The notes beneath the pieces were generated by a model, which saw only the letters and a list, made by a program, of their open reading frames with translations, searched no databases and was not told the origin of the DNA. From assembly GCA_964016885.1 (NCBI GenBank), contig OZ024743.1, positions 31,372,001 through 31,436,000 of the forward strand: a DNA stretch of 64,000 nt. Direction: 5' to 3'. The DNA comes from Eledone cirrhosa. Taxonomy: Eukaryota. The first letter of the stretch is position 1, and the number at the start of each line of letters is the position of its first letter. Below, in pieces: positions 1 through 13,437 of the stretch. The position numbers and the translations under genes were made by a program.

Positions 1-345
1 AATGATTGTTTGTCTTTAGAAATAACTTAAGCTGATAACTGATCTCTTTTTCCAGCTGAGATATGTTTTTTATAGTTATAACAAAGACGAAAATACCTAT
101 GTTTCAAACGTATCTTTTAAAATATTCTCTTTTATCACACCGATACTCTCATAACTATAGGCGTCTCCATGTCTGTAAAATAATAATGTTCTGTGATTAT
201 TTGTTTACATGAGTTAATGTAAGATAAGACCTAACCAACATCAATAGACAATCACTATATATTTGACATCGAATATATCGATTTGGGTGGGTAATTCAGC
301 ACTCACACACACACACATATGTATATATATATATATATATATATA

Positions 346-527
346 TCATTTAAGTTATTATGATCACCGAAGGGTAGAACTGCTGGTTCTGGCAGGCAAA
401 TCCTGATGTATCAAATCAATCAAAGACTCATACGTTATGCACGTCATCTATTGTAGAAGTGGTATCCACTGTTTGGAGGAGGAACGGAGTAAAGTATTTA
501 TAAAACGAAAACAGAAAGCCTTTATAC

Positions 528-599
<72 letters not shown>

Positions 600-604
600 C
601 TATC
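346..604 (-). repeat. Left copy of a ~180 bp interspersed repeat plus (TATC)n, inverted relative to 4748-4966
   Basis: tcatttaagttattatgatcaccgaagggtagaactgctggttctggcaggcaaatcctgatg is the reverse complement, with scattered substitutions, of 4791-4966. It is bounded by (TA)n and (TATC)n. Confidence 0.85.
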
Positions 605-790
605 TGACGTGCGGTAGATCGCTGGTAAGTTTTTGTAAAATTGCCTATACAAAAACAGAATGTATTGAGTGAAAATTTATATTGTTTGATAGATTAACAC
701 CCAGGCTGAACATGAAGCTGGGTGGTAATCTCAGTTTTCGCCCCACAGGGGCAAAAATCTAATTAAAAAAATTATTGAGATATTTTAAAA

Positions 791-2619
791 ATGTTCCTAA
801 CTTTAATAATGCGTGACTTACAGGGAACGCTAGACAGCGAGAAGAGAGGGAAAGAAGCAGATATAAGCATTATATTTCCCTCTCCTTCCATAGAAGTATC
901 TATTGAGACAAACAACAACCAAACTTCGTTTGGTAAAGAAATGGATATTTACACAACAAAAGATGAAAATAACAGCCGACAAAAGACACAAAGAAAATAC
1001 AGAAAATGCAGAAATTGAAACAATTGACACAACTACACACGAAAAAACCGACAACAACAACAAAATTGAAAAAGCAACATTCGCACAGACTGTGACAAAC
1101 AAATCAGAGTACAAACACATCGACATAAGCAACTCCAAAAAAATGTTGACCGATGCAAAACAATTCATAACCTTTGAAGAAAAGGGTGGGTTTCATATAA
1201 ACTCACCCTTGGAAATTAAACGAAAAACAGTTCGAAGGACAGTAACCTTCAGAACTGTTTCAAATCAAACGAAAAAACCGGTATTCCTCAGTCAAGGGGA
1301 ACTTGAAACCACATTGAAAGAGGCTCTGCCGGACATTGATTTTATGCAGAGGACCAGACTATATGGAAGTATTTCGGTACTTTTTAAAAGCGAGCCCCTC
1401 GCACAAAAGCATTCTGTTACACCAGTCATCACAAAAACACACACTTGTTCCCTACTTACATGTGAAAAAGAACAACACATTAAAATAAATAATATACCAC
1501 CAAACATCAACATTTGCTGGATCTTAGCAGGATTCATAGAGCCAGAAAGTGATACAGTTCTTTCGGTCAGGAAGTCGACCAGACAAAGGTGGGCAGGGAC
1601 AAATTTGAAAATTCTGATACAAATGAAACCAGAAATAATTTCCAAAATACCCGAAATAGTGCTGGTCGACAACCAAAACTACATAAACGTTGTAACTGAG
1701 GGCAGAAAGTCACACTGTTTTCGATGTGCAAGCACATCACACCTAAAAGCCTCCTGCCCTTTACAAACAAATCTTTTAAAAAAAGTACTTTTACCAACAC
1801 AAGCACCAAAACAATCATCACCACCACCGCAACCACCACTGCAGCAACAACACACAAAACAAGCAAGCACACCCAAACAAACAACCACTCAACTACAAAC
1901 AACACAAAAAACACAGACAGTACCGCTGAAGAACCACAACCCCACCTCACCTCACTCAATCCAACACTACCACAAACACACACACCAAAACACCATCACC
2001 ACACAACATACCTCTGCGCCACACTCCTGATGATGATTATTCATCAATAGATGAGGCCGCTTCTCCTTCTTTAAGTGAAGAAGAGCCCCGGAAATCAAAA
2101 AAAAAAGAAAAAAAGAGACACCACAAAACCCACAAAACTCCAATCACCAACACCAACACACATCCACAGACACAAACAACAACACAAACAACACCACAGT
2201 CAAACATCCCTCTACCAGCAAAACCAACACCAACACCACCCCAAACACAAGCACCCACCATAAAAAGAGAACCCCCGGACGAACAACAAACTAAAACAAC
2301 ACAACAAAAATACAAACAACAATACGCATACATCAATACAAACAACAAGAGTTTGATGGAGGTCATCTCCCAAAACCCCAAGTTTGAGATGGAGGGCAAA
2401 ACTTTCGTCAAAGCAGGATCGTCTCCACAACTAAAACTAATAAGGGTTTCGATAGAAACCTATCAGAAATTGGAAGAACAGTTTTCGCAGGATGTTGGCA
2501 ATCCCTGTAAAAAACCTATTAACCGCGTCTTATTAAAATGTTTCCCCACCCTACCCAACACCTCCACCAGAACTGAAATGGAGATTGAACAACCCGATCT
2601 CCAGGAAACGAAAAGGTAA
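791..2619 (+). pseudogene. Frameshifted gag-like ORF1 of a non-LTR retrotransposon (L1/Tx1-like)
   Basis: ORF 903-2030 has a CCHC zinc knuckle, CFRCASTSHLKASC, followed by a P/T/Q-rich tail. Coding-like sequence continues in other frames (791-1018, 2029-2619) and is cut by the PLE at 2618. Confidence 0.65.
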
Positions 2620-2733
2620 ACACACGCACCAGCTGCTTTCACTTCAATTTATTATAATAAATTCATAAATTTAGGAATTTATAAATTTCCGATTGGTTGG
2701 TTGGTTCCACAACCAGATGATTGTTTATATATT

Positions 2734-2777
2734 GTCAAAGTTCTTTCGTCACACATTATGTGACCTCTTCAGTGACT
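2734..2777 (-). ncRNA. Minimal type I hammerhead ribozyme motif (PLE family A)
   Basis: Minus strand reads gtca-CTGAAGA-g-gtcaca-taatg-tgtgac-GAAA-gaac-TT-tgac. Confidence 0.75.
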
Positions 2778-4405
2778 GGGGATTATTTTCTTTGTTTTTG
2801 TGCCTCTCCTTCGTTCTGTCCTACGCCATCTTGTTTTTGTGTGTGTTGTGTGCTTAATTTGCGCATGTGTTACATCTGGGTGTCTGTGTGTGTTTATATT
2901 TGTTTATTTATTTGTTTATTTACATGTTACTGGTTGTTTGTTTGTTCTATGTGCGTGTCTGTTTTCATTTTGTCCTTAATTGTAAGTTGTGATGTTGCTG
3001 TTCCATTCATGTTTTCTATTTAATTTTGGTTGGAGTTCATTTATGTTTATTGCCTCTGTGATTTGTCTAAACATTGCGTCATTTCTGTGTGTAGATTCTA
3101 TTTTTATTTCTATGTTCTCTAATTTACCCTTATGTTCTATTTTAGCATGTTGGTAGAGTACAGATGATTCTTTACTATCTTGAAGGTCTCGCCAGTGTTC
3201 ATTTATCCGTTCCCCTATACTACGAGCTGTCTCACCTATGTACACTATATTCTTATCTCTACATTGTCCTTCAGTACATATTATGCCAGATACTACATTT
3301 CTAGTTTTACAGATAATATGGGGGCTTAATTTACAGATTATACATTTCTTATCTATACAGGGAGGCCTTTGAAAGGGGTATGTATTGCTAATAAGTGTTT
3401 TTATGGAGGTACCTGTTCTTTCTACTATCTTAATATTGAGTTTATTTTTATCTAGGGCCCTTCTAAATTTGTAAGCTAATTCACCTCTAGGGGTTGTATC
3501 GATGAACATTACACTCTGGTATTTATTGCTATCATACCATGAGTTTATTCTACTAACCTTATTCCTAGTTCTTTCTATTATATTCCAAAATTTGCTCCTA
3601 TACAAGGGGCAGGTCCCATTTGTGTCATTATTTACCATTTTTTTCCCATTTGGTTCTGTCTCCTCTATATACTCTGATTTTATCTCTCTGATTGTAACCA
3701 GAGAACTGCATACGGTGGATGAAGTGTTGTATGTGTCTCTCTAGTGTATTGGGGTTGCACATGCGAGACACGTTTCTCATCACCCGTACCAAATCCGCAA
3801 TCAGTATGTTGATTTTGGTATGGTCCGGTTCAAAGACCTCCCTGTATAGACAAGAAATGTATAATCTGTAAATTAAGCCCCCATATTAACTGTAAAACTA
3901 GAAATGTAGTATATAGCATAAGATGTACTGAAGGACAATGTAAAGATAAGAATATAGTGTACACAGGTGAGACAGCTCGTAGTGAACACTGGCGAGACCT
4001 TCAAGATAGTAAAGAATCATCTGTACTCTACCAACATGCTAAAATAGAGCATAAGGGTAAATTAGAGAACATAAAAATAAAAATAGGATCTACACACAGA
4101 AAAGACGCAATGTTTAGACAAATCACAGAGGTAATAAACATAAATGAACTCCAACTAAAATTAAATAGAAAATATGAATGGAACAGCAACATCACAACTT
4201 ACAATTAAGGACGAAATGAAAACACACGCACATAGAACAAACAACCAACCAGTAAGATGTAAATAAACAAATAAATAAACAAATATAAAAACACACAGAC
4301 ACCCGGATGTAACACATGCGCAAACTAAGCACACAACACACACAGACGCAAGATGGCGTAGGACAGAACAAAGGAGAGGCACAATAACAAAGAAAAGAAT
4401 CCCTA

Positions 4406-4447
4406 GTCACTGAAGAGTCACAGAATGTGTGACGAAAGAACTTTGAC
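4406..4447 (+). ncRNA. Minimal type I hammerhead ribozyme motif (PLE family A)
   Basis: gtca-CTGAAGA-gtcaca-gaatg-tgtgac-GAAA-gaac-TT-tgac: stem I gtca/tgac, 6-bp stem II, minimal stem III. Confidence 0.75.
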
Positions 4448-4678
4448 AATATATAAACAATCATCTGGTTGTGGAACCAACCAACCAATCGGAAATTTAT
4501 AAATTCCTAAATGTATAAATTTATTATAATAAATTGAAGTGAAAGCAACTGGCGCGTGTGTTTCTTATTGGCAACATGACCCTCCCAAAGTATAACAATA
4601 TCGGTTTCAACACGTTTTCAGATAGAGAATCTTGCTAAACAAATTCAGAAACGAAACATATATATATGTATATATACT

Positions 4679-4738
<60 letters not shown>

Positions 4739-4746
4739 GGAGAGAA

Positions 4747-4747
<1 letters not shown>

Positions 4748-4790
<43 letters not shown>

Positions 4791-4965
4791 CGGCCTTCCG
4801 TTGTCGTTTTATTAATATTTTACTCCGTTCTCCCTCCAAACACTGGATACCACTTCTCCAATGAATGACTTGCATAACGTATGAGTGTTTGATTGATTTG
4901 TTACATCAGGATTTGCCTGCCAGAACCAGCAGTTCCACCCTTCGGGGATCATAATAACTTAAATG

Positions 4966-4966
<1 letters not shown>
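4748..4966 (+). repeat. Right copy of the ~180 bp repeat preceded by (GATA)n
   Basis: Reverse complement of 346-604. Confidence 0.85.
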
Positions 4967-5004
<38 letters not shown>

Positions 5005-5011
5005 TATACAT

Positions 5012-5410
5012 ATACTAGCAGCAGTACTCAACGTTTCCTGGGTAGGTAAAATAATATTTTGCTTTGATGAAAAGGTGTTGATCTTAGCGACTGCAATATT
5101 CTTGAAAATCGGTCATAAGGTGTAGCAGATGGCAAAATGTTGAGTGAAATCGTATGGAATATGTGGGATGTGGAAAAATCGTATTTTGAAGAGTTAAACG
5201 GTTGCCACGCCAATGCAAAGTGTAAAGCTACTATAAGATGGGCAATGATAGGTTCTATCGTAGTATAAAAGTTGGACCAAATAAATTGATTTATGTGTGC
5301 CGAAGTTTCGAATTTGAACGAAAGCGGTTGAAAAATATGGGAGCTAGAGCCGAAAAGATTCGACGTGACAGTGATTGGCAAGGGTGGGTTTCTAACGAAT
5401 AGGTATATGG
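5012..5410 (-). mobile_element. Probable non-autonomous Helitron remnant
   Basis: The minus strand ends in a degenerate hairpin (acccaggaaacgttgagt) followed shortly by CTAG-T next to (TA)n, the typical Helitron 3' signature. The other boundary is approximate. Confidence 0.45.
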
Positions 5411-8400
5411 CCTCTGACTTGCATCGAAACATTTTCAATCTACTAAATTTCATTTACAAGGCTTATGTCAAATTGAGGCAATATTAATTGCTACGAAGTT
5501 GGATCGAACTCGTTTACTAATGTTTCCGAAGCAATTTCTAAACGTTTCTTAACCATATAACAAGCAATGGCTGCTACCAATATTCATTAATAAATAAATT
5601 ATATTACATTCGATTTATACAATCTGAATTGAAGATGGAAGTTTAATTAATTGACCTCGAAATGTTGAAATTTCATTTTATTCTATATTTTATACATATG
5701 ATCTCTGCAAGAGGGCATACATATTCAGGAGATGTGAATAACAGTAATAATCTACAGAGACATTTTATTTACCAATTGATATATCACATATATATATATT
5801 TTATATATATACATGTATATATATAAATATATACATATATATCCAGGTATATATATATGAAAATGTGTATGTATGTGTGGCTGTGTGTATGTGTATATGT
5901 ATGTGTATGTGTGTGCATATGGACGTGCGTGGTTCTTCTGTGTATGAATGGAAATATATATTTTATCAGATTTTCTTTCTCTATGCAAAATCTCTGATAA
6001 CGGTAATATCCTAACTGCTACTCTTTTTGAATATCAAGTAACGTTTACAGATATCCTAAATTATATAATTATTCTGCGTATTCTTGCCTTCTTTAATCTG
6101 GCCAGCAGCGAATAAATGTCTCATATGCAATTTGCATAAGGAACTGTATGCAAAATGAGACGGCTTTCTCTCAATCTAACACTTCCATTTCAAATTCCTT
6201 ATCATATTAGTTGCTTCCTTATGATTTGCATGTATATCATCATACAGAGTTCGATAACATAATGCACCACCCAAGAGTTGCGACCGGTTAAACTCCACAA
6301 CAATATAGCCCAAATTACTAGACTATACCTTAATTTTCAAGCTTTTATCTCCATTGTCCAAATGTAATGTGTACATTTCGATGGCGGTAAGAGAACCTCT
6401 TCTTTCAATCAGGAGATTAAGGAATCAATCGATCAAAGAAGGATGCTTACAATAGATATTGATGATAATAAAATCTAGCTAAGATTGTATATTTCTTAAT
6501 AGTAAACGTGAATAATTATAATATAATCCACCGAAATATATTGGTTTACCGATTTTATTTTTTATTTTTCATATGAGCTGTCTTGAGTAAGCTATTGGTT
6601 TACGTTTATGATAGAATCGAGAACTCAATTCTACAACATAACAAAATGGCGGCTAATTATATGGCTTATTTTATTTTAGTAGCAAACTGTATTGATTTAC
6701 ATCTATAAACAACAGTTAAGTGTCACTTCAACGGTAATACTCTTCCTTTATCGTATTTTGTAAAACTACCTGTGACGAATACTTAGTGAAATATTTGAGA
6801 ATATAAATCTATTTTCTAATATAGAAAATATGTGTTATCCATTGAGTTGAAATATACATTTCATTGGGGTTAGTACCATAATAAATTGGAACTTAAAATC
6901 CACTCGTTTTGTAAGAAATAATTATATCTAGTCCTTCAGGTTCACAAGTGGTTGTAAGTATGTAACATTAACATAATGTTGATAGACGATACACTTATAC
7001 TAAAAGTACATTTTGTTTAAATATGAAATTCCATCTCTTCCTTTTCGTTTTGTCTGATACATTTAAATGAGTGTCGCTCTATATGTGTAAGAGAACACGG
7101 CACGTATACGTTTGTAAATTTCTGTGGTGTTGGCAGTAAACAGGGTCACGTATATCTATTTGACGATGAATTGGTATCCTTTTGTTCCAGCTGAGGCTGA
7201 TGCTATTTTTTTATGCCGATCTTGGTACTTGGATTATTTTTAACGGCCTGGAAATAGGAAAAGCTAAGTAGATTTCGGTAAGATATGAAATCAGAACCTA
7301 AACAGTTATTTGATCCGACGCTCAAATCAAATTGTTAATCCACCTCCTTAAACGTGGAATCAATTATGTATAACATTCGTGTCATATGACAGTAATGTAA
7401 ATGCTTGATATACGGTTATATTGTACAACTATTCCAAAACGGATATTATTTTTTGTATACGCTGAATGGATGAAGGTAGAAAGCGTGAGTTGATTTCCTA
7501 GGTTAAATGATATATTCCCATGCCGTATCATCAGCAAAATAAAGTCTGTCGTTTACTGTCTTAATAGAAATGCACTATTTACAACTTCATAGAAATGCAC
7601 TAATTACCGTTTTAAGTATTTTCCAAACAGTTCATCTGAGGATTATTAGAAACCTTTAATATTCGAAATAATATAATTCTTACTAATTTAGAGAAACATT
7701 GAAAATGAACTGAAACCTTTTAATTAGAACTTTTTATAGATTATTACTGATTGCTACTGTGATTAAAACCGATACGTACTTTTCAAACAACGCTAAACAA
7801 TTTAAATATGTGCACCAGCATTTCCTTATGTTTTCTTAAACATTTCAACCTTGGAGGAGTAGCAGCATGAATTTTATAGGCAATTAAATAATGAGTATAT
7901 TAGTGAATTATCCTATTCTGGTGTTATGATAGAGACATTGGTAGTCTACCTGAGGGATTTTCTATTTTGTGATACTGATACGATTCTGAACATAGATTTT
8001 AAAATAGAAAACACCTTCAAATCTCTGAATATTTAATTTTTTAAATTTCATTCATCTTCCTTTTCATTTAGTTATATTATAGATAATAACACCGAATATT
8101 CCAAACGTTCTATAAAAGTAAACCTCATGGAATTGCGAGCTGTAGGATGGTGAGGAAGTTATTTTAACAAACCTCATATGGAAATTATATATGCTGTTGT
8201 GTGTTTGGATTTATTAGCATCGAACATCAATTTCGTTTTGTTTTCTGGTAAGGACACTTTCACAAATCCTAATAGAGATGTGGTAGACACAGAATCATAC
8301 TTTTCTGTACACATATTTTAAAATAAGACAAAGCATCCTTTCCATTGGAGTCGAAGCATCCTATCATACATCAGGCGGGTTCATTTTTCTACGACATATG

Positions 8401-8499
8401 AACATATAATAGATGAAAACTAATTATTTTAAATAACTCCACCGCACACAAATGTTTCTTTGTATTCGTCATAAATATTGGCACCGTACAGATATTGCT

Positions 8500-9170
8500 G
8501 TTATCGATGGGTATATATCAATCAAGTCTTCCTTTTTTAAACTGTGGGCCTTCCGTCGTTTGGGCTTACTATTCAAGAATTTCTTCCTACATAACAACTA
8601 TCATGCCTCCATTCATTTCAATATACTTCTTTACCAAGACCCAATATTCGACCCACAGTGTCTTAGTTGTTGTCTACAACACAATTTTATTCTCAAACTT
8701 TTCCTTCTTCCTTCCGACTAATACTCATATGCAATTTCAGACATTCAGCTCTGGCTCGTATCCTTCTTCTGTCGACTCAACAGATACAGTTTCTGTTCTA
8801 CTCACTCCCAACTCCACCATCTAAACCTTTCTATTTCCAACACACGCCTGCAACTTCCATCCACTTACTACCTCTCTTCGCCCAAGATATACCCTACTTC
8901 ATATGTCAGCTCAACGAAGCCATCCTAACTTTATTCTACACTTACTTTAGCCCTTCCCGTTTATCAAACGGAATACTCTCTTCTCTCTAGAGATCTTGGT
9001 TTCGTATCCTCAACGCTTCTGCAGACAAGTATCAAGCGCTCATAGAGATCGTAAACTACAAGCGAGAGTCTAAATGGCGCACTTTCTTCCATGGACTTTC
9101 GATGAATTCGAACAGCTCCGATGACATTTACCGCCCGCAATACATCTCAATGGATGCCGACCGTTAACAA
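8500..9170 (+). pseudogene. Highly decayed LINE fragment (possible endonuclease-RT linker)
   Basis: C-rich island. One frame reads ADKYQALIEIVNYKRESKWRTFFHGLS, resembling the K..SW..F...L linker of APE LINEs. No catalytic motif seen. Confidence 0.3.
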
Positions 9171-9685
9171 TATATACCTCCACATAGGCAATCGCTTTGA
9201 CTTCCAAACATGCACTCAGTCTCTGAACATTTCTAAAGCTGCACTTCGACGGAAATATTGCTACACGAATTAATATAGCAATGAAGTTATTAGATTAAAT
9301 ACTTTAAATGATTATTCCAGATGTGAGTGTTTCAGTTTGACCGGGCGATCTTTATGTTGTTTGCCAAAGATTTAAACTAAAAAATATGCAATATGTTTAA
9401 TAAATTTCCAATTAAAATTACTACCTGTGAAGCTAGGAATCAGATAAAGTCAAATGTCTAGATTTTATACGCACAAGTCGCTGAAGTGGACATATAGTAA
9501 TGGATATTAGTAATCCTTTTTCTGTAATTGCGTAACTCGTAGCAGAATCCTAAGGTCACCGTAGTTACATTAGAGCATTTCTTGCGCATTTTGAATACAT
9601 CTTCATGTCTGAACAGTCAATTTCCTACAGAAAAGCCAAACATACATCCGAGTACAACCGATCACATTATTAAATTCATACATAG

Positions 9686-9868
9686 GGCGGTGGATTGGCA
9701 GTACCGGTAGAGGATCAGATACCATGCTTTGACGCATACAGTTATGGCCCTTGCCAGTTCAAATACCACCGAGGTTAACTTTGCCTTTCATCCTTACGGG
9801 GTCGATAAAATAAAGTACCAGTAATGCACTGGTTAATTGCTGGCCTTGTGCCAAAAGTAGAAACAATT
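9686..9868 (+). mobile_element. tRNA-type SINE (octopus-like family)
   Basis: B-box-like gttcaaat, core gaggttaactttgcctttcatccttacggggtcgataaaataaagtaccagt and tail ggccttgtgccaaaagtagaaacaatt. There are at least six copies in the window. Confidence 0.8.
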
Positions 9869-10741
9869 CTATCCTAAGGTTTAATAACTCACTAATTTAC
9901 CGCCTTTATTCTGAATAATTACAGTTTAAAAAGCCTCAAGCCAAAGAGTTGCGTTTATAGACAAGATAGAATATACAAAATATAATTGTACACACCACTA
10001 GTTAGTATTATCATACTATTTTCGATGATCGTCTTATTAACGCGTGTTGTAACATGATTTGAAATTCACTTGCGATTAATCTGTATAGTGGATGTAGTTT
10101 TAAACGTCTTGTTTTACATCACTGGTTCATATATTGCAATATCGATTTTTAACATTGGTTCATATACAGACAATTGATTTTTATCACCTGGCGTTATAAA
10201 TTTAGCTATGAATATAATATTCAATAGTATTCAATGACCTCAAATTTTATTCGAAATGATTGCTAGATGAGATTAAACATTTTTTATGCATAAATATATA
10301 CTTGTGTAAGTCGTAAATACAGTCTACGTTTTATACATAAACTATTTACGCTCTATTAACAAAATTATTTGATTCATTCAAAGTGCGATAAAAATATCGT
10401 TTCAACTTCGATCCACGATGCTGATATCATTGACAACATGTGCGCATATCTCTGATAGAAATATATTCTAGAGAAAATCGTTTATATAGTAACTCATTCT
10501 TCTTTTGAACTACACAAATCACCTATGTTCTTAGATTATCGACTATACTTCTGTGTTCCACTTATTATAGTATTATATTTTCGACTGGGTTTACAACAGC
10601 TACAATGGTACAGTTGATACCACAACCAACACCAACACTTCTACAACTGCTGATATTAATACTAACTGCTAACTCTACAGTGACATTTGTTTATTATCAT
10701 TAAGTATTACTTTTTTTCTGCAGATGCGTATAATAAAGTAT

Positions 10742-10851
10742 ATTCGTCAGGTTTAGAGATAATTAAATTTATTCGTCAGGTTTAGAGATAATTAAATATA
10801 TTCGTCAGGTTTAGAGATAATTAATCAAATTCGTCAGGTTTTGAGATCATT
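10742..10851. repeat. Minisatellite, 29-bp period, ~4 copies
   Basis: attcgtcaggtttagagataattaa at 10742, 10771, 10800 and 10829 (last copy variant). Confidence 0.95.
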
Positions 10852-11679
10852 CTATTACGTTTACGGTTGTAATTTAATACCAATACATATTGCAGTATAT
10901 TACAATATATGTTATGTTAATATTTTATGTAAATCTCCGCGGAATGCCGTCATATTACTGTACATTGTATTATAGTACCGATTAATTTATTGTATCTAGA
11001 ATTATTGTATTATACTAATAGATAATTACAATTATCTTTGCTTAGAATTAATGGTTATTATATGATCAAACTGTTGATTGTATTAATGTTACTGCTTGTA
11101 TTTTTACGCATACCTCAAGAAAACCAATACAATTCCTTACAAATGATTCGTATACGTAGCACAGAGAGATTACACTAAGCAATGCTGTTGTAGGCTTCGT
11201 GCGTTATACTAATTAGTTTCCATATTCCGCCTTCTGGTTTGGAAGTAAACTAGTATTATACTTTCATTAAATATTGCCGTTGTCAACAATCATTGTATGG
11301 TGTGTGCGTCTACAGTGTTTCATAAAATCCGCTTTACGTCCTTCCTCAACACTGCCTCTAGTCATTTCTCACCAATTCTCCGATTTTTCCCCGCCCAGCT
11401 TATTTAGTAGTCCACTGAGTAGGTTTCAGAAGTCTAATAAACGACAATTCTCACATGTGTCTCGGTTGGACACGGGTGTCCGAGTACTATACAATGTGTC
11501 TGACTTGACGAAAAAAAGTGGTCAGAAAATGTAACATAAAAAAACTTAGTCAATCGATAATTATTTCATTGCGTGTAATAAAGTAGTGTTTATGCACTGC
11601 TAAAGCTATTTTCACATAAATGACATGAACACGTCAAACATATAACGTGGACACAATAGCCGGTAGCACTACAATTACT

Positions 11680-12600
11680 ATCACCCCTGCGGCTAGCCAG
11701 CTCAGTGCCTATGGTGGTGAGTATGGAGGTAGCCCTAAAGCCGAGGATACCAGAAGTCTCCACTACCAAGGGTACAACCACAAACCTGTCGGAGAGCGAA
11801 CGGTATTTGAAGAGTTTGGCCTCCTCAGCCCGACGTGCCACAGAACCTGGAGCAGTCGCAGACTGCACCAAGTTGCGGCTGGAGAAAGTGTCGGTGCAAG
11901 TGGCAACACAGACGAGGGGTCTGCCACCGCTAAACGGGAAGATGGTCATGCCATCTGGCCTTTTGCCGTCCCCTCGGTCCAGCCTCACCGGCTCGAGCTG
12001 GGAAGGGAAGCTTGCAGCGTCCAAGCCATGTGTTATGACATCGTTGAGGGCAGCATGGCGTGGAAGGCGGCTGGCACTGTAGTGACAGGAAAGCGGGTGG
12101 AGGGCGAAAGTCTCCACGGTGCTGGACCGAGGGGATGGCAAAAAGCCAGATGGCATGACCATCTTCCCGTCGTTCCCTGGTGGCAAACCCCTCGTCTGGG
12201 ATGCCACTTGCACCGACACTTTCTTCAGCTGCAACCCGGTGCAGTCTGCGACTAACCCAGGTTCTGGTGCACGTCGTGCTGAGGAGGCCAAACTTTTCAA
12301 ATAACGGTCGCTCTCCGACAGGTTTGTGGTTGTACCCTTCGCAGTGGAGACTTCTGGTGTCCTCGGCTCTAGGGCTACCTTCCTACACACCACCTTAAGC
12401 GCTGAGCTGGCCAGCCGCAGGTGTGAGCCTCCTGAGCTGGAATGGCTTTTCCAGCGTGTCTCCCTTGCCGTCCTCCGGGGAAACGCCTTCTCCATTCTGT
12501 CCGCCGGGGCTGTCGAGAGGCCACCAATATGATTGACTGACTTGTCATTTGATCAGTCAGATGTTTTTAGACATTTAAATAGTTTGTTGGATTCCCTCAA
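11680..12600. mobile_element. CRE-like non-LTR retrotransposon 3' region, inverted duplication (minus 11680-12121, plus 12122-12600)
   Basis: Both arms encode a restriction-like endonuclease: H.LSC...RHAALNDVI...RGDGKRPDGMTIFPF.GG.PLVWDATCTDTF...K..KY...VETSG. The plus arm has a frameshift and a stop. Confidence 0.75.
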
Positions 12601-12639
12601 AAAGCTAAAGATTCAGTATCTCGTTTTATCTGCAACTAT

Positions 12640-12764
12640 TATCACCACCACTAGAACTATCACTACAACTACCACTACTACTACCACTACAACTACCACT
12701 ACTACTACGACTACTAATATCGCTTCTACCACTATTAATATCACTACTACTACTGCTTTCAGTG

Positions 12765-12828
<64 letters not shown>

Positions 12829-12847
12829 CACTACTACTACTACTATC
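12640..12847. repeat. (ACT)n microsatellite, partly degenerate
   Basis: Direct reading; it explains the poly-Thr and poly-Val ORFs. Confidence 0.95.
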
Positions 12848-13374
12848 ATGACATCACTAGTAGAACCAGCACCACTATTAATTTGCAAACTTTAATATTA
12901 TTAATTCTCTTCGGTCTACAACTCCACCGCCCACAAATGTGTAAGCCGTAAAACTGCGAATTCTCAATAGCGAAAGTAACAAATACTCACTATGTGAAAT
13001 ATCATTCCGTAAATATTTCCCATAGAGAATTATAATCTGCAATTCAGGCTAATTTTAAACAAATTCCATGGTTATTAAGCATGAAGGAAATTATTTCATT
13101 TCATCTATTAATTTCATCTTTGCTTTCTTCGTTTATTTTTCATGGCTGATCTGTTAAATCATATGAATGCCACTTGGAGACATAAATGTTTATTAAAAGC
13201 TATTAAATAGTCGACTCTATATTAAAGAGCAATAATTTTTATCTTAAGTGGTTATATGATGCAGTGCAATACTGTTGTATATTTACACACATACACACCC
13301 ACATGTAATGATATACATACATAGTTATGTGTACATGCATAGGATTATGCATGCGTATACACGCACACTCACAC

Positions 13375-13437
<63 letters not shown>

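Larger units (their letters stand above)
2618..4656. mobile_element. Penelope-like element family A (Naiad-like), two inverted arms: minus 2618-3823, plus 3829-4656
   Basis: Minus ORF 2976-3638 has a Cys-rich linker and GIY-YIG ([16 protein letters not shown]...RQITEA...LNRKHEW). The RT C-terminus continues to ~3823 after a frameshift. The plus arm repeats the GIY-YIG and 3' UTR and ends in (TA)n. The clade name is an inference. Confidence 0.9.

Noticed and set aside
10742-10851. CRISPR-like 29-bp repeats
   Set aside because: The repeats abut without unique spacers, the context is eukaryotic and there are no cas genes.
11590-12495. 301-aa minus ORF as a real protein
   Set aside because: It is a chimera: its first part is the antisense reading of the inverted arm.
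12533-12895. Thr-rich mucin-like ORF
   Set aside because: It is an (ACT)n microsatellite.
8435-12940. 20/21 direct match aactccaccgc(a/c)cacaaatgt at 8435 and 12920 as a TSD or LTR
   Set aside because: The match does not extend and the enclosed DNA is not one element; the two sites may be decayed SINE heads on minus.
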